Of a stretch of DNA of 64,000 nt, positions 50,055 through 57,539 are shown piece after piece. Each line of letters opens with the position of its first letter. Position 1 is the first letter of the stretch. Under the pieces are notes generated by a model that worked only from the letters and a program-made list of their open reading frames with translations, did no database searches and was not told the DNA's origin. Source of the stretch: an uncultured Candidatus Saccharibacteria bacterium (GTDB lineage: Bacteria > Patescibacteriota > Minisyncoccia > Minisyncoccales > CAZKCU01); NCBI GenBank assembly GCA_964431915.1, contig CAYSLI010000001.1:111240-175239 (forward strand), given 5' to 3'. Made by a program: the position numbers and the translations under genes.

Positions 50055-50582
50055 ATGATAAATTTATTGCCGCCACAACAAAAACAAGAACTTTTAGAAG
50101 AAGAGAGAATTAAACTAATTTTAATTTTAGAAATTCTTTTGCTGGTTTTTCTTATCTTTCTTTCTTTAATTTTATTTTCAATAAAGATTTACATTTCAGG
50201 ACAGGCAGAATATCAAAAAATTCTTGCAAATTTAGGGGGAAAAGAGTTTTCTCAGAGTGAGGCTCTTAAAGAGAAACTCAATTCAATTAATCAAGACCTT
50301 TTTAAAATAGATTCTTTCTATCAAGGTCAGTTTAATTTAACTAAGTTTCTGGGACGAGTTTCAAAGATTATTCCTGAAGGAATATATTTAAACTCTTTTT
50401 CTTATCAAAAGGATGCTTCTCAAATAACCCTTTCTGGTTTTTCTCCGACTGTGGAAGTTTTGGTTGATTTTAAAGAGAATCTTGAAAAACAAGGGGATTT
50501 TAAAGAAATTCGTTTTCCCTCCTCTGTCTGGGTTGAATTAGTCGACATTGATTTTGACGTTACTTTTCAAATTACCAAGTAG
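50055..50582 (+). CDS. pilN: PilN-like protein
   Basis: 'MINLLPPQQKQE' followed by a single TM. Confidence 0.7.
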   Translation: MINLLPPQQKQELLEEERIKLILILEILLLVFLIFLSLILFSIKIYISGQAEYQKILANLGGKEFSQSEALKEKLNSINQDLFKIDSFYQGQFNLTKFLGRVSKIIPEGIYLNSFSYQKDASQITLSGFSPTVEVLVDFKENLEKQGDFKEIRFPSSVWVELVDIDFDVTFQITK

Positions 50583-50608
50583 CTTGTAATTTTTACTTCT
50601 ATCTAACT

Positions 50609-51181
50609 ATGAATCTAAATAAAAAAATAATTTTTACTTCGGAAATCCCTGGGATAATAGGGTTAATTTTTATCTTTCTAATAATTTATCCATTGTTTAA
50701 TAATATTAAAAAAAATTCTGAGACTTTTATTTCTCAAAAAAGAGAATTAGCTTTACTAGAGATTGAAATCGAAAACCTGGAAAAATTTGAAAAGATTTAC
50801 CAGACCCATTACCAAAATTTAGAAAAAATTGATAAATTATTTATTAATCCGGAAATTCCTACAGACATTATTGAATTTGTTGGTTTTCTGAGAAAAATTG
50901 CTAAGGATTCTCAGATTTCGATTGATATTTCCTCCTCGACTCCAAAAAAACAAATTGTCGCTGATCCTTGGTCTTCCATAACTTTTCAGGTGGCTTTAAA
51001 GGGGAGGTTATCTAATTTTGAGAAATTTCTTGAAAAATTAGAAACCAGCCCTTATTTAATAGAAATTCTTAATTTAAATATTAGGAGATTAACCGAAAAA
51101 GGAGTTAAGCCAGAAAAATTTGAAGAATTCTCTCTGGCAGATACTGATATCTCTTTATCGATAAAAGTCTTCACTAAATGA
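50609..51181 (+). CDS. PilO-like protein
   Basis: 190 aa with a TM and coiled coil, positioned after pilN. Confidence 0.5.
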   Translation: MNLNKKIIFTSEIPGIIGLIFIFLIIYPLFNNIKKNSETFISQKRELALLEIEIENLEKFEKIYQTHYQNLEKIDKLFINPEIPTDIIEFVGFLRKIAKDSQISIDISSSTPKKQIVADPWSSITFQVALKGRLSNFEKFLEKLETSPYLIEILNLNIRRLTEKGVKPEKFEEFSLADTDISLSIKVFTK

Positions 51182-51474
51182 AAATTCCCAAAATAAAATT
51201 TAATAAAATTAAAATCTTCTTTAAAAAACTTCCAAGAATTTTAGGGGAGAATACTTTTTTGACTTTCCTGTTTCTTTTATTTTTGTCCCTAATTTTGGGT
51301 GGTATTGTTTTCTATAAATACAGTATTTTGGCAGAGAAAGCAGAACCCCAAATCATTAAAAAACCTCTTCAATTTGAAGAAAAAACCTACCAAAAAATAT
51401 TAAATGAATGGGAGGCCAGGGGAAGAAGATTTGAAGAAACTGAATTAAAAGAATACCCCGATCTCTTTAGGTAA
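51178..51474 (+). CDS. Small single-TM protein, pilus-operon associated
   Basis: 98-aa ORF whose start overlaps the stop of the PilO-like gene. Confidence 0.45.
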   Translation: MKIPKIKFNKIKIFFKKLPRILGENTFLTFLFLLFLSLILGGIVFYKYSILAEKAEPQIIKKPLQFEEKTYQKILNEWEARGRRFEETELKEYPDLFR

Positions 51475-51578
51475 GGCGAAGAGAACTCCGTCCTCTTCTT
51501 CACCCTTCGCCTGCGGCTCGGGTAGGCGAAGATAACTCCGTCCTCTTCTTTAACTTCGCTTCCTACAGAAGCTCGTTG
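51475..51578 (+). repeat. Family C element, two tandem units
   Basis: GGCGAAGAGAACTCCGTCCTCTTCTTCACCCTTCGCCTGCGGCTCGGGTA is followed by the variant GGCGAAGATAACTCCGTCCTCTTCTTTAACTTCGC.... Confidence 0.8.
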
Positions 51579-51618
51579 ACTAAAGTAAGGATTTTAGGTA
51601 GAATGATTGGGTAAAAAT

Positions 51619-51690
51619 GCCCTCATAGTTCAATGGATAGAACACAGGGTTTCTAACCCTGGAATAGAGGTTCGACTCCTCTTGAGGGCA
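51619..51690 (+). tRNA. tRNA-Arg (TCT)
   Basis: Acceptor GCCCTCA/TGAGGGC, anticodon stem CAGGG/CCCTG, loop TTTCTAA. Confidence 0.85.
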
Positions 51691-51694
51691 CATA

Positions 51695-51727
51695 GTAGTC
51701 TGTCGGTATCAAATACCGACAGACTAC
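51695..51727. repeat. Palindromic element family B, copy between two tRNAs
   Basis: gtagtctgtcggtat-caa-ataccgacagactac, a 15-bp perfect stem. Confidence 0.8.
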
Positions 51728-51751
51728 GGACAGACATATTGATAAATTTAT

Positions 51752-51823
51752 GGTGGTCGTAGCTTAATGGCAAAGCTCCTGACTGTGGCTCAGGTGATGG
51801 GAGTTCGATTCTCCTCGACCACC
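51752..51823 (+). tRNA. tRNA-His (GTG) with encoded G-1
   Basis: G-1 pairs with C73. Acceptor GTGGTCG/CGACCAC, anticodon loop CTGTGGC. Confidence 0.85.
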
Positions 51824-51900
51824 CAAAGTTCGAATAAAAAAAGCAGCCTTAGGGCTATTTTTAATTCGTGTGGGCGCATTTCTAGTGTGCTTTTTAGATG

Positions 51901-52929
51901 CTACTTTTTCTCTTCTAATGTTACTTTTAAATCTATCTCTTTCTTTTCTCTTAAGATTTTGAAAGCGACCTTCTCACCGATTTTGAATTTCTGTAGAATG
52001 TTCGCTAAGGGATTTTTTTTAGTAATCTTTTTTCCTTCAATTTCTAAGATTATATCAAATTCTTTAATTCCTGCTTTTTCAGCTGTTGAATCTTTAATTA
52101 CTGCTGTCTCTCCTAACCTTTCCCTCATAACTAAAGCCCCATAATCAACCGGTAGTTTATTTTGTTCAGCTATCTGTTTGTTCAAAATAATATATCTTAT
52201 TCCCAGGAATGGTCTTTTAATTTTTCCATATTTTTTAACTTCTTTCAGGTCTTTTTTGGCATAGTTAATCGGAATAGCAAAACCAAGGTTTTGGGCTCCC
52301 ATAACCATAGCCGTATTAATTCCAATTACCTCACCTGTCATATTGACCAAGGGACCTCCTGAATTTCCAGGATTAATAGCAGCATCAGTTTGAATTAAAC
52401 CTTTTAACCTGGAAGCTTCTCGGGAGAGACTACTATAGGCAGCAATAAACCGGGATAATCCCGAAACAATTCCGGCTGAAATTGTATCATGAAATTCTCC
52501 TAAAGGATTCCCAACAGCAATGACTTCTTCTCCAAGTTCAATTTTATCTGAATTACCCAATTCTAAATAAGGGCAATTTTTTTCTTTGATTTTCAGAATA
52601 GCAATATCGTTAATTGGATCCCGGGAAATAACTTTGGCTGGATATTTTTTGGTTGGCTCTAAAATAACAGTATAATCGGCTTCAGGGTCAGATACAACAT
52701 GTTGTGAGGTTAAGATATGACCATCGCTTGAGATAATAAAAGCAGAACCTCCCCCAATTTTTGTTTTTTCCTTTCTCCCTTTTTTTATTCTGGGGACAAT
52801 AAAGCTCTTTTCGCCAGAAGGAAAAAAATAAAAACCATCTACTTTTGGCAAATCTTTGGAAATAATAACAGTAATTACTGCTGGGCAAACCTTTTTTGCT
52901 ACTTTAATAATAGGTGACTTTTCTGTCAT
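51901..52929 (-). CDS. HtrA/DegP-family serine protease with PDZ domain
   Basis: 342 aa with 'TSQHVV', 'DIAILKI' and 'GNSGGPLVN', plus a C-terminal PDZ-like region. Confidence 0.9.
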   Translation of the reverse strand: MTEKSPIIKVAKKVCPAVITVIISKDLPKVDGFYFFPSGEKSFIVPRIKKGRKEKTKIGGGSAFIISSDGHILTSQHVVSDPEADYTVILEPTKKYPAKVISRDPINDIAILKIKEKNCPYLELGNSDKIELGEEVIAVGNPLGEFHDTISAGIVSGLSRFIAAYSSLSREASRLKGLIQTDAAINPGNSGGPLVNMTGEVIGINTAMVMGAQNLGFAIPINYAKKDLKEVKKYGKIKRPFLGIRYIILNKQIAEQNKLPVDYGALVMRERLGETAVIKDSTAEKAGIKEFDIILEIEGKKITKKNPLANILQKFKIGEKVAFKILREKKEIDLKVTLEEKK

Positions 52930-53012
52930 AGATTTATTTTATCATCAAACTCTATTGTCAACAAGCAGAAAATTTGCTACCCTTATATTAGAAATTAAAA
53001 ATTATTGTTTTT

Positions 53013-53085
53013 GCCCCTGTAGCTCAATGGATTAGAGTACAGGTTTCCTAAACCTGGGATATAGGTTCAACTCCTATCAGGGGCA
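53013..53085 (+). tRNA. tRNA-Arg (CCT)
   Basis: Acceptor GCCCCTG/CAGGGGC, anticodon stem CAGGT/ACCTG, loop TTCCTAA. Confidence 0.85.
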
Positions 53086-53107
53086 CCTCGGAAATTAAAA
53101 ATGAAGA

Positions 53108-53178
53108 GGGCCCGTGGTATAGAGGTAACACGCGACTATGGCATAGTTGAGTCCGGGGTTCAATTCCCCGCGGGTCCA
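53108..53178 (+). tRNA. tRNA-Ala (GGC)
   Basis: G3:T70 wobble in acceptor GGGCCCG/CGGGTCC, anticodon loop ATGGCAT. Confidence 0.75.
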
Positions 53179-53184
53179 AAAAAG

Positions 53185-53258
53185 GCCGGAGTAGCTCAGT
53201 GGTAGAGCACTTCTCTGAAAAAGAAGGGGTTTCGTGGGTTCGATTCCCACCTCCGGCA
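53185..53258 (+). tRNA. tRNA-Phe (GAA)
   Basis: Acceptor GCCGGAG/CTCCGGC, anticodon stem CTTCT/AGAAG, loop CTGAAAA. Confidence 0.85.
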
Positions 53259-53263
53259 CAAAC

Positions 53264-53338
53264 GCGGGAGTAGTTCAGTGGTAGAACGTCTCGTTGCCAA
53301 CGAGAAGATCGCGGGTTCGACTCCCGTCTCCCGCTCCA
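53264..53338 (+). tRNA. tRNA-Gly (GCC), CCA encoded
   Basis: Acceptor GCGGGAG/CTCCCGC, discriminator T followed by CCA, anticodon loop TTGCCAA. Confidence 0.85.
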
Positions 53339-53348
53339 AGGCCAACCC

Positions 53349-53377
53349 TTGACAAGCTATTGTGGATAAGCTAATAT
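53349..53377 (+). promoter_or_regulatory. Promoter with a DnaA-box 9-mer in its spacer
   Basis: TTGACA-17 nt-TAATAT. TGTGGATAA lies at 53361-53369. Confidence 0.5.
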
Positions 53378-53405
53378 GTTAAAACCCCCTTTCGGGGGTT
53401 TTAAG

Positions 53406-54077
53406 ATGAGTACGAACTTAAATTATCAGGATATTTCCCCTGATGAGGGAAAGTCTCGTGTTTCCATCCCTCTATCGGGGCTTACTATTCTGATTATTAT
53501 AGTAATTGTTGGAATTTTAGTCGGGATTTTACTAATTTTTGAGCCCGCAACAAAAAATGCTGAGGCTAATTTAGTTGAGGGCGAAGAGGATAAATCCTTT
53601 TCTTCCCCTTTCGCTGTTGCTCGGGAGGGCGAAGAAAATAGATTTTCTTCTTCCCCTTTCGCTGTTGCTCGGGAGGTTGAGATTAAAGAAATATCCCAGG
53701 TCTTAGAGAAAGGATTGCCTCTTTTACAAGGAAATAGTCTTTTAGCAATTTCTACTCCTTCTAATCCAGAACCTCAAACCGTCAAAAAAATAAGGGTAGT
53801 TATTACTGCTTATTCTAGTACGATAGATCAAACCGACTTAGATCCTTTTGTAACTGCTGCCGGTACCTGGGTTAGAGAAGGAATTGTTGCTAACAATAAG
53901 TATCCCTTTGGAACAGAAATTAGGATTCCAGAAATCTATGGTGAGAAAGTTTTTGTGGTTGAAGATAGAATGAGTTGGAAAAAAGGGAAATATCATATTG
54001 ATATTTGGTTTCCTTCTTATTGGGAAGCCCTAAATTTTGGAACAAAGAGAACCTACATTGAGGTTTTGGAAAGTTAA
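53406..54077 (+). CDS. Membrane-anchored 3D-domain (MltA/YuiC-like) cell-wall protein
   Basis: ATG at 53406, a TM segment, and C-terminal 'ITAYSSTIDQTDLDPFVTAAGT...GTEIRIP...VVEDRM...HIDIWF'. Confidence 0.75.
   Translation: MSTNLNYQDISPDEGKSRVSIPLSGLTILIIIVIVGILVGILLIFEPATKNAEANLVEGEEDKSFSSPFAVAREGEENRFSSSPFAVAREVEIKEISQVLEKGLPLLQGNSLLAISTPSNPEPQTVKKIRVVITAYSSTIDQTDLDPFVTAAGTWVREGIVANNKYPFGTEIRIPEIYGEKVFVVEDRMSWKKGKYHIDIWFPSYWEALNFGTKRTYIEVLES
53580..53675 (+). repeat. Family C element, 2 x 48-nt in-frame tandem units inside a CDS
   Basis: GGCGAAGAGGATAAATCCTTTTCTTCCCCTTTCGCTGTTGCTCGGGAG occurs twice and encodes 'GEEDKSFSSPFAVARE / GEENRFSSSPFAVARE'. Confidence 0.85.
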
Positions 54078-54086
54078 CTTAAAAAT

Positions 54087-54124
54087 GAAAAAAGCCCCGC
54101 GAGAAATCTCGCGGGGCTTTTTTT
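54087..54124. terminator. Bidirectional Rho-independent terminator
   Basis: Stem aagccccgcgaga/tctcgcggggctt flanked by A- and T-runs. Confidence 0.85.
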
Positions 54125-54154
54125 GTGTGCCGCGGGTGGGACTTACATCGATAA

Positions 54155-54916
54155 TTAAACGAAGAGAGTCTTGGATGTTGCTCGTTGATTTAAATGCCAA
54201 CCGATTTTTGAGGGATAATTTTGTTTTATATAACCACGCCTTTTAATTGATTTCCATTTCTCAAAAACTTGCCGTTTACGCGAGAGATATAAAGTTGGAT
54301 TATTCCCATACATAAATTCAGCTATTTTTTCACAATCATCAATATAAAAGTAAATCGTATATAAAGGAATTTTTCCTTTCTTATGTTCTTCCTTATGAAT
54401 TGTTTTTAAAGAAATTTTCAAATTTTTGCAAAGTTTCTGATTAAAATCAGTAATAAAAGGTAAACTAGAACTTACAAATCCAGCTTTAATTTGGGGGACT
54501 TTATTGACATTGTAAATATAAATAGAGCCATCACCGTCAAAAAATCCCCGAACAAAATCAGGAAAATATTTATCCGGAACTTTTATTGGATACAAATTAT
54601 AAGTTTTTCTGGGTTGAATTCCTAAATTCAATAAATCTTTAGTTATTATATGGTTACGAATTTGTAATTGATATCCGTTATTATCCGCTTTTCGAGATTT
54701 TTTACTAATCTTATGTTCAGATTCTAGTGTTTCTTTAAGCAAATATAAGTGCTTCAAATCAACAGAAGTTATATTTAATGTAAAAGGATGGCTTTTTCTA
54801 TCTTTACTTATTGCAATACAACCATCGGCTACAATATAACCTAAAACATAACTCATCTCGGAGTTCCATTTTTTAAAGAAGTTTTGGTTAATGTGCCTTG
54901 TATATACATTTCCCAT
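54155..54916 (-). CDS. LAGLIDADG-family homing endonuclease (two-motif, free-standing)
   Basis: 253 aa with 'LGYIVADGCI' and 'FVRGFFDGDGSI'. It starts 14 nt after the tRNA-Leu 3' end. Confidence 0.85.
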   Translation of the reverse strand: MGNVYTRHINQNFFKKWNSEMSYVLGYIVADGCIAISKDRKSHPFTLNITSVDLKHLYLLKETLESEHKISKKSRKADNNGYQLQIRNHIITKDLLNLGIQPRKTYNLYPIKVPDKYFPDFVRGFFDGDGSIYIYNVNKVPQIKAGFVSSSLPFITDFNQKLCKNLKISLKTIHKEEHKKGKIPLYTIYFYIDDCEKIAEFMYGNNPTLYLSRKRQVFEKWKSIKRRGYIKQNYPSKIGWHLNQRATSKTLFV

Positions 54917-54929
54917 ATTTTAAAAAATG

Positions 54930-55016
54930 TGCCGGGGGCGGGAGTCGAACCCGCACGGACTTTTTTAAGTCCAAGGGGTTTTAAGCCCCTCGAGTCTACC
55001 ATTTCTCCACCCCGGC
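54930..55016 (-). tRNA. tRNA-Leu (TAA)
   Basis: Acceptor GCCGGGG/CCCCGGC, anticodon loop CTTAAAA, long variable arm GGACTTAAAAAAGTCC. Confidence 0.85.
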
Positions 55017-55017
55017 G

Positions 55018-55090
55018 AGGCCACGGTCGGATTTGCACCGACGTATACCTCTTTTGCAGAGAGGCGCCTTAGCTACTTGGCTACGTGGCC
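55018..55090 (-). tRNA. tRNA-Cys (GCA)
   Basis: Acceptor GGCCACG/CGTGGCC, discriminator T, anticodon loop CTGCAAA. It is separated from tRNA-Leu by 1 nt. Confidence 0.85.
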
Positions 55091-55123
55091 ATAACTCGCA
55101 TTTTAACAATTTTTAAACCTTTT

Positions 55124-55489
55124 TCAAGGATTCTTACTATTCTTTATTTTTTCTAAAATCTCTTCGACCCTTCCGGCTTCAACTGTTTCTCTCTCTTCTA
55201 GGAATCTAATCCGAGGAACCGGCCTCATTTTTAATCTTCTATTAATTTTTTGTTGTAACTCGTAAATTTTCTGATTTAAAGTTTTCAAGACCAGTTGCTC
55301 TTTATCTTCCGGCACCGTACTAATAAAAACCTTACTTTCTCTCAAATTGGGCGATGTATCAACCTTGGTGATGGTTACTAAAATATCTTTTGGACGCCAC
55401 CCTCCCTCCTCCCAATCAGTCTCTCGCAAAAGAATCTGGGAAAGCTCCTTTTTTATGAGTTGGTTAACACGCTGAATGCGCTTAGACAT
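55124..55489 (-). CDS. rbfA: Ribosome-binding factor A
   Basis: ATG at 55489 gives 'MSKRIQRVNQLIKKELSQIL'. The gene lies downstream of infB. Confidence 0.85.
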   Translation of the reverse strand: MSKRIQRVNQLIKKELSQILLRETDWEEGGWRPKDILVTITKVDTSPNLRESKVFISTVPEDKEQLVLKTLNQKIYELQQKINRRLKMRPVPRIRFLEERETVEAGRVEEILEKIKNSKNP

Positions 55490-55530
55490 ACTACGATTTA
55501 TCGGAGCACATAACAACTTATGTGCTCGAT

Positions 55531-57072
55531 TTAAAGTTCTCCTTTTTTCCTCTCTTCAGCATAAATTATTAAAACATCATCCTCTTCAATTTTGATATCT
55601 CCTTCATATAATAGACCGCATTCCTCTCCCTTTTTAACTCTTTCTGCGTCTTTTTTGTTTCGCTGGAGATTAATAATCCTTCCCTGACCGACCTTTTCTT
55701 CTCCCCTAAAAATTTCAACTAATGCCCCTTTTTTAATTTCTCCCTCAATAACTTTTCCTCCTAAAATTTGGCGATTTTTCTCAGTTCTAAAAATTGCTGA
55801 AATCTTAACCTTTCCGAAATCAACTCTGACCACTTCTGGCTTAATAATTTTTTCCATTATTTTCCGAACTCCCTCAACTAATTCATAAATTACTTCAAAT
55901 CCTATTATTTTAATTTTTTCTCTTTCAGCTAACAGCTGAGCAATTGGATTTGTTTTTACTCGAAAAGCTAAAACTTGAGCCTTAGCCCCTTTGGCTAACT
56001 TAATGTCAGATTCATTTGTCTCGCCGACCTCAGATTTTAGAATTCTTAAGGCAACTTTTTCTTGGGGAAGTTCCTTTAGAACTTCTTCAATAGCTTCAAG
56101 CGATCCCAAGACATCAGCTTTTAAAATTAAATTTAAGACTCTTTGCGAGGGCTTAACAGAAAATGCTGGTGAAACTTTTTTTTCTGGTTTTTGAAGATGA
56201 TTTTTAGCCAATTCAATATCAGAAAAAACTCTAAATTTCTCTCCGACCTTAGGAACATTTTCAAAGCCAAAAACAACTACCGGCATTGAAGGAGAAGCTT
56301 CTTTTAAAGCAATCTCTTGAAAATTTTCTAAGTTTTTCACTTTTCCAAAACAAGAATCAGTTCCAATGATATCCCTTGGTCTTAAAATTCCATTATCTAA
56401 AAGTAAGGTAGCGGTTGGTCCTCTCTGGGGATCCAAATAGGCCTCAATTACTGCCCCTTCAGCTGGCATTGCTATATTTCCTTTTAATTGCTCCATCTCA
56501 GCCACCAGTAATATTAATTCCAAAAGGCCTTCAATTCCTTGACCGGTCTTTGCTGAAACCTTAGTTGAGGGAACTTTCCCTCCCATTGACTCAACCAAAA
56601 TATTCTCTTGGGATAATTCTCTTTTAACTCTTTCTGGGTCAGCTGTAGGTTTATCAATTTTATTTATTGCCACAATTAAGGGCAGACCTGATTTTTTAAT
56701 ATGGGATAAAGCTTCTTTTGTCTGAGTTTTTACTCCTTCATCAGCCGCCACCACTAAAATGGCAATATCAGCAACTTTGGCTCCCCTGGAACGCATGGCT
56801 GAAAAGGCCTCATGACCGGGTGTATCAATAAAAGTAATTGATTTTCCCTGATGCTCAATCTCATAAGCTCCAATATGTTGGGTAATTCCTCCTGCTTCTC
56901 TTTCAATAATTTTTAGGTCTTTAATTGCTTCAAGTAAACTTGATTTTCCATGATCGATATGGCCTAAAACTACTACTATTGGTGGACGAATTATTAAATT
57001 TTCCTTTTTTTCTGCAATCATAATTAAAAAAGGGCGTTCTTTATCTATTAATTTTTGTCTTTGAAAGCTCAT
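55531..57072 (-). CDS. infB: Translation initiation factor IF-2 (short N-terminus)
   Basis: 513 aa with the GTPase motifs 'GHIDHGKSSLL', 'DTPGH' and 'NKID'. Confidence 0.95.
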   Translation of the reverse strand: MSFQRQKLIDKERPFLIMIAEKKENLIIRPPIVVVLGHIDHGKSSLLEAIKDLKIIEREAGGITQHIGAYEIEHQGKSITFIDTPGHEAFSAMRSRGAKVADIAILVVAADEGVKTQTKEALSHIKKSGLPLIVAINKIDKPTADPERVKRELSQENILVESMGGKVPSTKVSAKTGQGIEGLLELILLVAEMEQLKGNIAMPAEGAVIEAYLDPQRGPTATLLLDNGILRPRDIIGTDSCFGKVKNLENFQEIALKEASPSMPVVVFGFENVPKVGEKFRVFSDIELAKNHLQKPEKKVSPAFSVKPSQRVLNLILKADVLGSLEAIEEVLKELPQEKVALRILKSEVGETNESDIKLAKGAKAQVLAFRVKTNPIAQLLAEREKIKIIGFEVIYELVEGVRKIMEKIIKPEVVRVDFGKVKISAIFRTEKNRQILGGKVIEGEIKKGALVEIFRGEEKVGQGRIINLQRNKKDAERVKKGEECGLLYEGDIKIEEDDVLIIYAEERKKGEL

Positions 57073-57434
57073 ACAGTTTCCATAGCTTTTTCGATGGCTG
57101 ATTTCTCTTCCTTAGATAAAGAATATTTTGAAAGGCTTGCTTTTACTGATTTTCCGTAAATTCTGTTTCCTTCCCGGGTATAAAGACTGGTGATTACTAT
57201 TCCGTCATTATTTCCATCAAGCAAAGCAATAGAAAAACTTTGGTCACTCCCCACTTCTGAGAAAGGATTAAATCTTACTATGCCGACTTTCTGAATTGAA
57301 AACTTACTTTCTTCTTTTAGATTCTCTAATTCTTTTGAAAGTTTTTCAAAGCTTTTCTCCAAATTCTTAAAATAAGCCAAAATCTCCCTAAAGTTCTCTG
57401 GCTCCTTTTTTCTTTTTTTAAAAAAATTGAACAT
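57069..57434 (-). CDS. DUF4446-like protein
   Basis: ATG at 57434 gives 'VRFNPFSEVGSDQSFSIALLDGNNDGIVITSLY'. The longer ORF-track start reads through a family C element. Confidence 0.55.
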   Translation of the reverse strand: MFNFFKKRKKEPENFREILAYFKNLEKSFEKLSKELENLKEESKFSIQKVGIVRFNPFSEVGSDQSFSIALLDGNNDGIVITSLYTREGNRIYGKSVKASLSKYSLSKEEKSAIEKAMETV

Positions 57435-57452
57435 TGAAATAAATTGAAAATT

Positions 57453-57503
57453 GGCGAAGAGAACTTTGTTCTCTTCTTTAACCTTCGCACTTCGTGCTCG
57501 GTT
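57453..57503 (+). repeat. Family C element, intergenic
   Basis: GGCGAAGAGAACTTTGTTCTCTTCTTTAACCTTCGCACTTCGTGCTCGGTT. Confidence 0.75.
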
Positions 57504-57539
57504 CATTGAACATAATTTTCTTTTCTTATACTCTTTTGT

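Noticed and set aside
51767-52144. A 125-aa plus-strand ORF.
   Set aside because: It starts inside tRNA-His and runs antisense to the well-supported HtrA-like gene.
54155-55016. A group I or tRNA intron hosting the LAGLIDADG gene.
   Set aside because: tRNA-Leu and tRNA-Cys are intact and uninterrupted. Only 14 nt separate the tRNA from the ORF, and I could not recognise any intron-like conserved structure.
54853-55072. Two small ORFs (54853..55038 minus and 54884..55072 plus).
   Set aside because: Both are translations of the tRNA-Leu/tRNA-Cys sequences.
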